Shown one piece after another: positions 12,601 through 25,699 of a DNA stretch of 64,000 nt. This DNA comes from Camelus dromedarius (Eukaryota): positions 57,662,001 to 57,726,000 of the forward strand of contig NC_087437.1 of NCBI RefSeq assembly GCF_036321535.1, written 5' to 3'. Positions within the stretch are counted from its first letter, which is position 1. Every line of letters starts with the position of its first letter. The notes under the pieces are model-generated. The model was not told the DNA's origin, made no database searches, and worked only from the letters and a program-made list of their open reading frames with translations. Position numbers and translations under genes: made by a program.

Positions 12601-14804
12601 CACATGCCGATGTTTTTCCAGTTCAAACCCAATAACACCTTAAGTCATATACCTCACTCGGTGGACCTCCCAAGGCTGATGTCACAGTTACTCATCCTCA
12701 AGGGCAGACGTGTAATCGCCTAAGACAGACACCTCAGACTGAATGTGGTTGCTTAGCATGAAAAGGGGAACAGGCAGGACTGTGCTTTAAGTGAAAGTAG
12801 CAGGAGGCCAAGGATCCTCCATCTTTAGGTTGCTAACCAAGATGGTGGTCCCATTAGCAGAACCATAATGAATGGAACGCAAACTCAAGAAGCCATGTCT
12901 AGGCCACAAATGCAGCTCAAGGAAACTTTAGAGAAGGGAATTTTGTGGGAACGCTAGGAAAAGCATGATTTCAAAGTGAAGTTTCCTTCTGAGTGCTGAT
13001 TTTCTCAAGACCTGGAGGTGGAGGAAGAGGTGGGCAGATCTCTCAGGACAGAGCTTCAAGGTGCTACCAACTACGCTCTTGAGCCAAAGCTGCCAGGGAT
13101 ACAGGCCCTAGAGTTTCTCAGGGGAAGACAGGTTCAGCAAGTAGGCAAACAGGAACCCCTTCTACTGTTCTGAAGAGAAAGTGAATTTCCAATGTCTCAG
13201 AGTGGTGTCCCACAAGAGAAGGACTGCAGAGGAAGCCTGGGTTTCTATCAACGTGACATCCTTTCTAGAACTCTGAGCTTTCGGGCCATCACCTCATTTG
13301 CCAATTATGCTTCACCTCGTGGCTACACTCTGGTTGCAAAAACCCTTTGCAGTCTTCCTTGAAGAAATAAAGCAAGACAGTAACACAGCTTTAAATCTCT
13401 TCATCGTGAGAAACTTAGGTTGCCTTGGAATTGGAGAGTCTCTTTATCTTTCAACATTTTTGAATTAATTACAGACAATGACCAACCTTTTCTGTCCTAG
13501 CCTCGTTAAGTGACTTTGGGTGGCTCTCCTATCTTAAAACCTCCCCAACATAATATTGCATATGGTGTGGATAATATGTGGACAGCTCAGTTAGAGCTAT
13601 TTATCTAAAAACAGAATCTGATACTCATTCTACCCAGGCAATTTTAACATGGATTCCTACTTTGGGTACTTATTTAAATGTTGTCCTGGTTCTTAATTAT
13701 TTGAGGAGTATTAATCTGATTCTAGGGCACTGTGAAGGTGATCTGGGTCATCTTCTGAATTCTCAACATTGAAATAAAACATTCAAGTCACCAGTAACAG
13801 CAAAAAAATACACTTCTGAAAATTTTTATTTATTTTTTTTCTTTTTATAATAATTTATACAAACTCACAGATTCTCCTCTCCTGAATCTCATTCATACTT
13901 CGTTTTAATCCCCCTTTTTTATCTTAGGTTTAAAAAATGTCTGAAACAGTGCAGCACACTGGATTTCATTCCTAATAAATAAATACTGCTATGTTAGGCC
14001 AAATGATGTTTAAGAGCCCATTTCAGGTGACTAAGCCATGGGGTATAGTCAGGAACATATTAAATGGCAACTAGGAAAAATTTTTTTTCTTTCCTGTATA
14101 AGTAGGAAGCAGGGCACAGACGAGTATTTCATGTCTGCAGTCGTCAGTGTTCCTCCTGGGAAGAAGGGGAGCTATTCGGTGACTTTTCAAGCCAAAAAGG
14201 CCCTTTGATATGCTTTAATACAGCTCTGTTGTTTTTCAAGAAAAGACACTGAGGCTCATTTCCAGTGCTCGCAGAGTGGAAAGAAAAGCAGGCAAGGAAA
14301 AACAAGCCTGAGTTCAAACCCAGAATCTACTTCTAACTAGTCTTGTAAACTTGAGAAGCCCCAGGTTTGCTAGCCCTCAGCATCCTTATGTGAGAACTGG
14401 AGATACTAACTTCAGAATCTCTCCTCTCTGAGACTTGCTGTAAAGGTAAGGATCAAGGATTCAGTGTATCATTTACTCATTTATTTAACAGTGATGGAAG
14501 AGCCACTGGCAAGACACTAGTGCTGAGAATCTAGTGATGAACAGAGCACAGGTCCTGCCCTGAAGAACTCATGTGCTGGTCAGGAAGACAGGGCACACAC
14601 ACATATCATATAATGCGACTCGGGTTTTGGATGCCATTAAACCCCAGAAAGATTCAACAATAAGCAAAAGGAAGGGATCATCATTATAATTAAAATTAGT
14701 GGGCACAGTTTTCTAGGCATCATCAATGTATTCTAAAGGCATTCATGAATAAAATGATGTTTTGCTTCAGGGCCACAAGGTATAAAATGATGGGACCCGA
14801 ACAG

Positions 14805-14985
14805 GTTGGTGGCTCTCAACCTTGGCAGCACATCAGAATCTCTTAGGAGGTCAAAAACAAACAAACAAAACCGATGACTGACGTCTGCCCCCCAGAGCAG
14901 ATAAACTAAATCGGATTTTCCGGTTCTGTGGCATTAACACATTATAAAAACTCCCAGGTGACTTCATTCTGCAGCTAGGCTGAGA
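14805..14985. mobile_element. MER5-family hAT-Charlie element
   Basis: gtggctctcaaccttggcagcacatcagaatc...ctcccaggtgacttc...gcagctaggctgaga. Confidence 0.7.
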
Positions 14986-15656
14986 TAATATATAATCTCT
15001 AAGCTCTAACATTTTGTGATCCGACTACAGATTCTATTTGCCCTATGTCATTCTTCACTAGGAAACTAAGTTTGGTCTTAGGCTTTAGGGTCCTCTCAAA
15101 TGACCCCTGAAAAGTCATTAAGCAAAGGCTGTACACACTTAAACTCCAGTAAAGAGGCATTAACAGAAGTATGATTAGAAGCAGGGAGCCTGGAGGTATA
15201 TAAAAACCGCAAACTCATTCAAACGACTGACAAGAGGTGGACAATAAGGAGGACTTTACAAAGTCTGTCTTGTCAGTCACTTGATTATGCAAAGACCACT
15301 GAACCTGGCGCAAACTCATGTATGAAATCCACCTACGTCTGACACACAGAAAAGCCACATTCAGGACATATTCAGGACTGAACCAGGTCATGTGTCTTTG
15401 AAAGTTTGTTAGACATCAAATGTTTTGCTTTGATTTTCAAGGACTAGAAAAACTATCAAGGTTTCCTACTTTCCTTAATCTTTTTCTCTGCCTAAAACGT
15501 ATTTGCTTATAGGATTACCCTTGCAAGGTGGTAGCTGCAGATCAACGGAGGAGGAAGAGTGTCCTAAAATGTTCCCCAAAGAGTTCAAGAATAAAGGAGA
15601 CAGCCCTACACAGATGGGTATTCAGGATCTTCATCATATTCTAAAACTATTAAATA

Positions 15657-15780
15657 ATAAGCCTTTAATGGAAAAGAATATGAAAATGAATACACACACA
15701 CACACATACATATATGTGACTGGGACATCGTGCTGTGCACCAGAAACTGACACATTGTAACTAACTATACTTCAATTTAA
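15657..15780 (+). mobile_element. 5'-truncated L1 3' end (artiodactyl/camelid type)
   Basis: aatggaaaagaatatgaaaa...tgctgtgcaccagaaactgacacattgtaactaactatacttcaat followed by an A-rich tail. Confidence 0.8.

Positions 15781-15850
<70 letters not shown>
15781..15850 (+). repeat. (AAT)n microsatellite, about 23 pure units, at the L1 tail
   Basis: Directly visible. Confidence 0.97.
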
Positions 15851-15929
15851 TTACCCAGTTTTTCACCTTAGCATTCCACAACACTATTTAGTCTGGGAAG
15901 GATGCATATTATCTGACGCACACCAAGCC

Positions 15930-17135
15930 TTCTCCCCTTGCTTTTCTCCATCTCAGCAAAGGCACCACTCACTATGGAATGTTCAGCCAGGAATCATCCA
16001 GGCACCTACGCTCTCTGGACTCACCCCTTCCCATTATCACACTCAGCTCATTCTACCTCTACTTACCCTACTCATATCCGTGACCACTGCCATAATGTTT
16101 TGTGTCAACATCATCTATCGCTTAGACCAGTGCTCCTTAAACTTTTTGGTCTCAGGATCCTTTTACACTCCTAAAAATTATTGAGTACCCCAAAGAGATT
16201 TTGTTTATGTGGCCCATTATTTTTCAGTGTTTATTGTATTTAGACATCATAACAAAACTTTCCAAGTATTTATTAAAAATAACAGTAAGCCTATCAAATA
16301 ATATAAATAGGTGTTCAAATAAAACGTAACTATATTTTCCAAAACAAGCCAAAAAAATGAATGAAAACAGATCTGTATGTTTGCAAATCTCTTTACTGTC
16401 TGCCTTAGTAGAAATGAGCTGGATTCTCAAATCTGCTTCTACATTCAGTCTCTTGTGTTTGAAATGTGTAAAGATAACCTGGCCTCACACAGATAGGTGG
16501 CTTAAAAGGGAGGAAAATTTCAATAGCCTTTTCAGATGATTGTGAATATGTCACACAATCTCTAGAAAACACCACTGGACACCTGTGACATAATGAGTGA
16601 AAAAGGTGAATAATTTGTATTATTAGGAAATATCATTATGAAAATAGTTTTAATCTTGTGGACCCACTGAAAAGTCTTCCAGGAGCTTCCAGGGCACACC
16701 ACACTTAGAGAACCACTGGCCCAGACTGATGTGCTGGCCTCTTTATGGTTCTTTAGCATCCCCTCTGGCTCCCCTGCAATCCACTCTCCTCTTCAAAGCC
16801 AGAGTGTCCATTTGAGTATGCAAGTCACTTTATATCACCCCCTACTTCTGACTCTCTTTGGATCTTAGATTAAAATATGAAAACTATCCGTGCATTTTCA
16901 AAGCCCTGCACAACTCAGCCCTTGCCAAGCTTTCCGATATACCCGTACCCTTGCTCCCACAACACTCCGGCTACACTTCAACTTCTTCAAAGGCACCAAA
17001 CTCCCCCTCACCTCAGTCTCACGCAAATTGTTCTCTTCTGCCCTGAACATTCTTCCATCCCTCTCTGCCTGCCTCACCCTTCAGAACTCAGCTTAAACGA
17101 TCTTTTCTCAGAGAGGCGTTTCCTGACCAGATGCT
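15930..17135 (+). mobile_element. L2 LINE fragment split by a Charlie1 insertion
   Basis: Pyrimidine-rich L2-type sequence on both sides of 16128-16718 (tctccatctcagcaaaggcacc...; ctgcaatccactctc...gccagagtg...ttttctcagagaggcgtttcctgacc). Confidence 0.6.
16128..16718. mobile_element. Charlie1-family hAT DNA transposon (internally deleted)
   Basis: TIRs cagtgctccttaaact... / ...ttagagaaccactg; characteristic ggtctcaggatccttttacactc...aaaattattgag; 8-bp TSD gcttagac / gcccagac (6/8 match). Confidence 0.8.
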
Positions 17136-17306
17136 AGAGATATTTTCATTGTACAAATCAACAGACTGAGGCTCAAAGATATTAAGAAACTTGCCAAATG
17201 TTCTTACAAATAATATATGAATTTGAATTCAGATCCCACACCAACGTCCGTGAACTGAATCACTCTGCTACACTGTCACTTAAACAGTTAACTGGAAGGA
17301 AGTCAA

Positions 17307-17446
17307 CTGTAATTGACTGTACTTCAATTTTAAAAATAAATAAATAAATAAAGGAAGGAAGGAAGGAAGGGAAGGGAAGGGAAGAAAAGAAAAGAAAAGG
17401 AAAAAGGAAAAGGAAAAAAGAACAAGAACAAGAAAAAGGGGAAAAG
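17307..17446 (+). repeat. L1 terminal stub with compound (AAAT)(GGAA)(GGGAA)(GAAAA) tail
   Basis: tgtaattgactgtacttcaat matches the end of the L1 at 15757-15777; followed by an A-rich, then pure-purine tract (17350-17422). Confidence 0.75.
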
Positions 17447-18539
17447 CGGCTAAATCCTACAGGGCTCTCCTGACCTTGTTATTAACCTCTTTACATTTGA
17501 AAATATCTGAAGCAGTTGTTTATGTTTGCATTCAAGAAAGTCTGCCCCTCTGGACCCAAGTCTCTCAGCAAGTCCTCAGGTGCCCCAGGTGGCACCCATT
17601 GATATCTCCAAGGCTCCCGGCATGAAGAGAGGGACATCCCAGGGAGCCTGGGAACAGCACATAACAACACAGCCACAGGACGGCCTCTGCAGCACTGGCC
17701 TGCAGACCTCCATCGGCCTGCCCACTTCATTCCTCCTCCTCCTCACTCGAGATCCTCCCTGGGGGCTCTAGATCACACACAGAACAAAACAAATGTGTCA
17801 GAACACTCCACATTTCCGTGAACTTTTTATCGGATTCCCCGCAACTGGAGCGTCCCATCTTCGTATCACATTGCGTGACTCAGATTCAGCCTCTGTAGCT
17901 CAAGGTGGTGGGAGATAAAGACAGATGACCTGCAGCAGGGGCTGGTGGTCCTGGAACAGCTTAGTCACTTACTGACTCCATGAACCTGAACAAGTCTCTC
18001 TGCCACTTTGAAGCCTGGTTTTCTTATTTCAAAGATGAGGCCTAACTATGCTAGTGAGTTGCTATGAAGTATAAAAGGGGCAAACGTTGTGAAGAAATTC
18101 TGTAAATCCTGAACTCATACAGTCAAGTTAGTTGTTATTATTAAAAGTTATTATTACATATGATTAATCTGTAGACAGTTCACATTTAAGGCTCCTCCCT
18201 GTCACTGATGCTTAGAAAGTAGCCTCCGAATCAGAGGCCTTTAGATGGGGGTGCATCCTTCTTTGGACACAATCCCTAAAGCTCTGCAGTTTGCTGGGTA
18301 GGCCGTTAGGCCATCAGATAGAATCCAAAATGTAGTGTATTAACTTGGTCTCTTATGTCTAATGAGGCTGTTGATGAGATTCCCCACAAAATCTAAAATA
18401 ATTCTAGAAGGAAAAGTCATAGCAAATACACACTATGACAAAGTATTCAAGGACGAGACAAGAAAAAACGAAACACTATTAACAGATTTTCTAAACCAAA
18501 CCAACATAATATCTATGTATAAATTTGCTCTCAGCAAGA

Positions 18540-18704
18540 ATAATATAGCACAGGGAACTATAGTCAATTTCTTGTAATGAGCTGTAATGGAAAAGAATCT
18601 GAAAATACATACATATGTATACGTATAACTGAATCACTTTGCTGTACACCTGAAACTAACACTGTACATCGACTGCACTTCAATAAAAAATAAGAATAAA
18701 AAAA
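18540..18704 (+). mobile_element. 5'-truncated L1 3' end (artiodactyl type)
   Basis: tatagcacagggaacta...aatggaaaagaatctgaaaa...ataactgaatcactttgctgtacacctgaaactaac...cttcaataaaaaa. Confidence 0.85.
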
Positions 18705-21700
18705 TGGTAAATTGGTACTGTCACTACTGTAAATTCGACAATACAAAATAAAAGTGAGCTTTAGAGACTGAGAAAACAAACAAAACAAATAAGGGTGACG
18801 TATTACTTTACTGGTAAGCCTGGTACTTTCTTTAAAATACAATTATAAGACAAAGCCTTAGTTTCTAAAGATCTTCCAAAATATTCCTACTGCTTCCTCA
18901 AATACAGACTGCCTTATTTCCTGCAAATTGTTTTTCTAATTCTGTTCAAGAATACCAACTTCATTAAAACTTTAAAGACTTAATCCTGAGTTATGGCTTG
19001 ATGAGATCTCTGTGGGATAAAAGAAATCAAGAGATCACAGTACCTGCTATTTTAAAATGTTCTTACAATGGAAACATAATTTGTTGATGAGAGTGCACTG
19101 CTGTAGAGAAAACAGAATTTAAAAACACATACAAAATATCAGTTTAAAACCTAGGATGGGTTTCTGAAGAGAAAAGCCTGGTTTTATGTTTGTTTGTTTG
19201 GTTGGTTTTTTTAACAGACATCAAGCCAAATATCATTTAATTAGGCTGATCCTGTAATTGAGATGAGTCATACTTTTAAAAAAGAAAATAAAACTAGTTG
19301 CTATACATGTAAAGTATCACCTGTCCTATGAATGTATTCTCAAACTATATATTGACCAAAATTATTTCAATTTATAAATATCTAATTTATGTTCCATAAA
19401 TCATACGGTTAAGCAATATTTCCCTGTTTGTCAGTTTTCTTCTTAAAGTTTCCATTTTCTATGATGTTCCTTCATCAATATCAAAGGATATGTTTGATAG
19501 TAAAATTTGAATGACTATGCTATTAAATACTACACAGCCACCAAAACGAATAAAAAAAATACTAAAATATTTTGAGTAACCACAATTTTTATAACAGAAA
19601 CAAGGACTCAAAAACAAGGACTCATAAAAACAAAACAAATGAAAATCAACAAAATTGAGTAAAATTATAATCACCTCTTTGATTTATTTTATCTATTCAG
19701 TATAAATATACTACATCATTCTCAAGCAGGGAGGTAATACAAAACCAAAAACTTAAGTTATGAAAAATATCTCATGTTTTTTAGGTGAGGAATTTTCCTG
19801 ATTGCTTTTTTAATGCTCTTGTTTGAGGGAAGGAATTAAATTATATATAAAAATACTAAAAACACAAAATCACTACATAGATTTAGGCTTATCTAGCTAC
19901 TCTGTACTTCCCAGAGAAGCTGTCATTTGAAAAATTAAAGAGTGATACTGAATGATGGCTCCAAGGCTCCTGGCCATTCCAGCATTAAGAGATTCCGTAA
20001 ACACCGTTCCCGTCTTGACGGTGCACGCTGTTCTTTACCTGCGCTAACTCCTGAGTCAAAACATAAATAATCCCAGAGTCCATCATTTGTACAGGTGTTT
20101 CTATTCAAAAGTAAAACAAAGGTTGGAAATGAATGAGCCATGTAATTCGCATGGCTGTACCAGTAGCCTAGATAATGGCAAATTAAGTGCTATCAACATT
20201 TAAGCAAATACTCCAGCAGGCCTGGCTCATACAGGTCTTTCACACATAGTTACTCAAATAATGCCCATAAGAATGCTCCTTTATTAGAAAGTGCACAAAT
20301 ATAAATGTTCTAAGGGTTTTTTTATGATTCAGTGACCTCAGCTGACTTACCAGTTCAAGGTCTCTAACATTTCATTTCCAAAGAGCTACAGCCCACACAG
20401 TGCCTAAGGGACTAACTATTCCTGCACTGTGTACCTTCACTGTTGGATTTATTGCTATCATGCACGCTGCTTTCGAATGGTCATTTTAGAACCTCAATTG
20501 CCTGACTTGGCCTGCGTCTCCTTCTACATTACCTCCTCTATGTTACCACAGTCCTGTTCTAATCACAAAATAATAATAATAATAATAATCACCCTTAATG
20601 GGAAAAATAAATAATCCACAAAATTAGATCCATCCTTTGACAGAGGACACCCAGTTCATCATACTACTTTTTTCTGTGTTGTGAAGTACACAGGCAAGAA
20701 AAATTGACCAGATCTGGTTCTGGTACCAGTCTTACCACAATCTAGCTGTGTGATCTTATATAAACCACCAGCTTGCTCTGGCTCAAGGATTTCTCATCTA
20801 AGGAAGGATTTTGCGGCACAGGCCCAGGGTAAGCCATCACTGTGCTCCAGGGATGGTATTCACAAAGCATCTGATGTGCCTCGGGGTTCTAGAACTGTGT
20901 GATGGGAGGTCTTGCCCTCACAGTTCCCACGTTTTCAAATGCAGTACCATGATTTTGAAATCTGAGACCTTTACCTTCTAATTTCAGTATTCTCTCTGTG
21001 TTTAAGAAGTTTCAACATGATACACAGCAGAACTTGATGAGCTAAGACAAGAGACTGAGAGACACTCAATGTGTCAACCCTGAAATCAGTAATATAACCT
21101 TGGCCTTTCCCATCTAATATTTGGCTTAGCTTCACTGTCTCAGGCTCACTCCTCTGGCAAATCTGGTCAATGGAACTTGTGTCTCAATGACAGAAATCTA
21201 GAGTGGAAATTCTTTATCAGGACAAGCGGTTCCATTTCACCATTTCCACTTTACCATTTGTGACTCAGTATATAGATCACAAGGATCTGGTTTAGAAAGT
21301 CTAGTTAGTGAGTTCAAGAATAACCCAAATATTAAGTGAACATAACATCAAAGTGCTTATGAAACAGATTTGCTCCAATAGTTTTGGTGTTTAGCAAGTT
21401 CCTCCCAATCCAGCTACAGAATCCTCTCTGGCATTGAGATGAGGAAGGTGCTATCTCTCTAAAAATAGGCTTATCCCATGCTATGTGAATCATGCTTACT
21501 AGCAGCAAATCAACAGATTAATTATTTGGCTTTGTTAGTAACGATAATCACATACTATCATCTTCCCAAAAGCTCTTCTGCACCCTACACTCCTACTCTT
21601 CTAAGCTAAGCTTCAAAACAAACTGAAGTCCGTGGTGGACAGATGCATGCATGTTGCCCTTGCAGTGAGCATATCTTAACAGGTCCTGTCATCTCTCTGC

Positions 21701-23336
21701 CAGATTATTTCTGTGGCACTTAAGCTAAAGGAATTCACCAGTCATGATCCTCTTTGCCAAAATGTACACTAAGTAGATGAGAAAGAGGGAAAGATTAAAT
21801 GAACGCTGAAAAAACAATAAACTCAGCAATTCCCTCAAATTCTCTATTTTCTAATGAGATGCTAAGGAAAGGACCACGGAAGCAATTTCCTTATGTAAAA
21901 TTAAGCCATGCAAATCACTCATCTCCAAATCAACTTCAACAAATTTCAGGTGAGTTTATCTTATCCATTTACAAATATAATCCACCCAAAGTTTTGATTA
22001 CCTTGTTTGTAATTGAGGAGGCCGAGAAGAATCTATTTACAACAATATTATCCCAACTAGAGTGCAAGAACATACTTCAGAGACTGATATGAGTCACATG
22101 GAACTCAGAGCCTTGAAGTTCCCTGTAGACCACATAAACCCTGAGGGAAGATGGCCCGGAAATGATCCCTGCACAACAATACGAGGGATTTTATTTTCCC
22201 CTAAAATGAATTATTTACTGTGGAGAGATAACTCTAGTTTTTGCATAAATCTTCTCTTTATAAAATGAACAGACTATATTAATTGAATATAAAATAACAG
22301 ACTTTAGTAGTTCCTGCCTTGGAATCATAATTATTTTTGTTTACGCCTGAAATTTACTATTTCATCAACATCAAAGTATACGAAAATGAGCCCACTATGA
22401 AGTGAATAATGTCATGAAACCTCAAGAGAAAAATAAGATGAGATAGCTCTTCACAAGGCTGAATCCCAAATTTCTAAATGAATTCAGAGCCCCAGCTGTC
22501 CAGACTTTCCAAGTGTTTTCTTCACCCCAATGACCTGAGCCCACATGCTTCATTCCTGGAACCCAGGACAACATCACAGTCAGAGCTGCAAAGACACTAA
22601 CTTAAACCAGTCAAGAGCAAGCTTTCTTTCTAGAAAGTATTTCCTTTCAGTTTTCCACAGAAAGGGTAGACCATCTACAGATTGCAAAGGACACTGGGGG
22701 CCACACCCAGAGGATCAATAGAGTCTGGAAGGAGCACAGACCTTGGAAATTTTGCTTTTATTCTCTTAAGGTAGCCTTGCTTAAATCAGGAAAAAATCAC
22801 TTTCCAAAATTTCAAGGCATCCCATTTCCCTTTTAAAAACAGAGACACATCAAAGACTAACCATTTGAGTTTAGTGCCAAAGAAGAGACTCAGCTTTAGA
22901 AAGGCCATACCTAGAAGATCTCTGATAAGTCTAAAGTTTTCTTTACACTCCATGAGGCCAAACTGCAGATACTCTGTTGTTCCCTTAATGTCCAAAAAGT
23001 GTGAGTGTGCAAAGGATGGGAGTAATAGAACGGAAAAGTTAATGAGCAGAGCCATTGGAAACCATGAGAGCAGCGGGAGGAAGATAATAGGAAAAGGAGG
23101 TCGGTGTAAAAGGAAGTAAAAGGGCATGGGTGAAAATGAGGAGTGAGAAATTGACCAGAATGTCAGAAAGATGCAATATCATGTGTTGCTAGAGAAAGAG
23201 TTAGGAAAAGAATAAATTTAAGCTCATCTGGTGTCTACCAAGTGTCTATTATGTGTTATGAATTGTGCTTATATGGTATGAGAGATACAGGGAGGAAGGT
23301 TTATTTATATTTAGGTCCTTAGACAGATTAAACACT

Positions 23337-23360
23337 GGATGGATGGATGGATGGATGGAT
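23337..23360 (+). repeat. (GGAT)6 microsatellite
   Basis: Directly visible. Confidence 0.9.
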
Positions 23361-23676
23361 GAGAAAGAAAGAGAGGGAGAATAAGGTGGTCACCATCCTT
23401 AAGGACTCTACAGGCTATGTAGGATCAGGAGCAGTTATATATGTAACTCTCATCCTAGTCAAACCGTGTTTTTTTTAATCCAGGTATGAAATGTTTTCCT
23501 GAATATGGGACAAGAAGCTAATAACAGAGGGTGATTGAAAGATGTCTGGAAATTGAGGGAGGAAGGGGACCAGAATGGAAGAGGGGGACTGTGGTTCTCT
23601 TCCATGGATGTCCCCAGGTGCCTTGCAGAAGGGGAGGGGGTGTTAGCCTCTAGGGAGCCCACCGTCTGGGCTTCTA

Positions 23677-23886
<210 letters not shown>

Positions 23887-24719
23887 TCAGCGTGGGCCCC
23901 AGGCCCCGGGCTCCACTGCGCCCTCGGGATCACGCTCCGCCGGGGCGAGGGCAGGACCTTGGCGGCCTGGAGGGACAGGGCAGGCGCGGGGAGGCAGTGC
24001 TAATATTTGAGAAGGCTGCAGTACCGAAAACCCAGCGCCCACAAGGTTAGGCAGAGTCTAGGCAGTGGCGACAAAATGTGTGAAAATCCAGATGTAAACT
24101 TCCCCAACCGCTGGCGGCGGGGGCGGGGCGGTCCCAGGCCTTCCTGTTAACTAGACTCTTGCACCCCGAACTTGCACGCCAACGCGATCCGTGTCCAAGG
24201 GGCAGTGGGGAGTTTGGTCACACTGCGATCGGAGTACCAAGTGGAAGGGGAGGAAGGTTGTCCAAAACAACAAGCCGTGCCCCTGTTGGAGAGGCGCAAG
24301 CGTTGTAAGGTGTCCAAAGTATAGCTACACATATACATATAAAACCCGTTTACAAAGCAGTCAGGACCGAGGCGGGTAGCGTGCCCCCGGTAGAAAATAC
24401 TAAAAAGTGAATAAAACGTTCCTTTAGAAAACAAGCCACCAACCGCAAGAGAGGAGAGGAAGGCAGCAATTTAACTCCCTGCGGCCCGCAGTTCTGAAGA
24501 TTAGGAGGTCCGTCCCGGCTGGGTGAGGTCTACGGAATGCATCGCCCCGGCTGCGGTTCTCCCGGGCGCCCGCCGCCCGAGTTCTGGAATTCCGAGAGGC
24601 GCGAAGTGTGAGCGGTTAGCCGGAGTCGGGGTAGGGGCGCCAGGCGGGGGCAGCTGTTTCCAGCTGCGGTGAGCGCGACTCCCCGCCAGCAGCGCTGCAA
24701 AGAGAGCGGGAGGCGAGGC

Positions 24720-24774
24720 GGGGGGAGGGCGGGGAGGGAGGGAAGGGTAAGGAGGGAGGGAGGGAGGGAGGGAG
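24720..24774 (+). repeat. (GGGA)n G-rich tract with G-quadruplex potential
   Basis: At least 10 G3+ runs separated by 1-7 nt. Confidence 0.8.
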
Positions 24775-25681
24775 ATCCTCGAGGGCCAAGCACCCCTCCG
24801 GGAGAAACCCGCGAGAGGCGAGGCGAGCGCCGCGGATACGCGGGGTCCCAAGAGCGGGCGCTCTTTCTCTTTCCGCTTTCTTTCTGGCACAAGACGGGCA
24901 CAGTTGGTGATTATTTAGGGAATCCTAAATCTGGAATGACTCAGTAGTTTAAATAAGCCCCCTCAAAAGGCAGCGATGCCGAAGGTGTCCTCTCCAGCTC
25001 GGCGCCCACACGCCTTTAACTGGAGCTCCCCGCCATGGTCCGCCCGGGGCCGCCGCACCAAGCCGCTCTCCGCACAGGCTCAGAGGGAGCGAGGGAAGGA
25101 GGGAAGGAGGGGGCGCCCTGGCGGGCTCGGGATCAGGTCATCGCCAGGCTGCCCGGGGACCCCAGGCTCGCGCAGCACGGCAGTCAGCGGCTCACAGGCA
25201 GCAGATCAGATGGGGGTTACCCGCCGGACGCGAGGCCGATCACTCAGTCCCGCGCGGCCCATCCCGGCTGAGGAAGGAAGTGACCCGCGCTGCGAACACC
25301 CGCGAGTCGGCTCGCTGGGGCGGGGGCTGGCTGCGGGCGACGTCGGCTCGAGGCGGTTGCGGCTCCGGTTCGGAGCTGCCTACCATGGTCTGGCGCCCGG
25401 GGCGCAGACGGGGCCGCGAGGCCGCCGGGTCTGGGGCGAGAGAGGGCCAAGCGCGCCACCGGGGCCCTTGGGGCCGGACGCAGACTCTGGGGCCGGGGCC
25501 AGGAAGCAGGTGCGGGCTGCCGCCAACTCGCCCAACTTGCTGCGCGGGTGGCCGCTCAGAGCCGCGGACTAGCGGGGCGCCCCCCGCCGCCGCTTCCCCA
25601 GGCCCCAGAGGGGGCGCTCAGGGCGGAGTCCCATTCACGGGCAGAGGCTCCGGGCACGCCGAGCCGCACCGGCTCCTGGGC

Positions 25682-25699
25682 GCCGCCGCCGCCGCCGCC
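25682..25699 (+). repeat. (GCC)6 trinucleotide repeat in the CpG island
   Basis: Directly visible. Confidence 0.9.
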
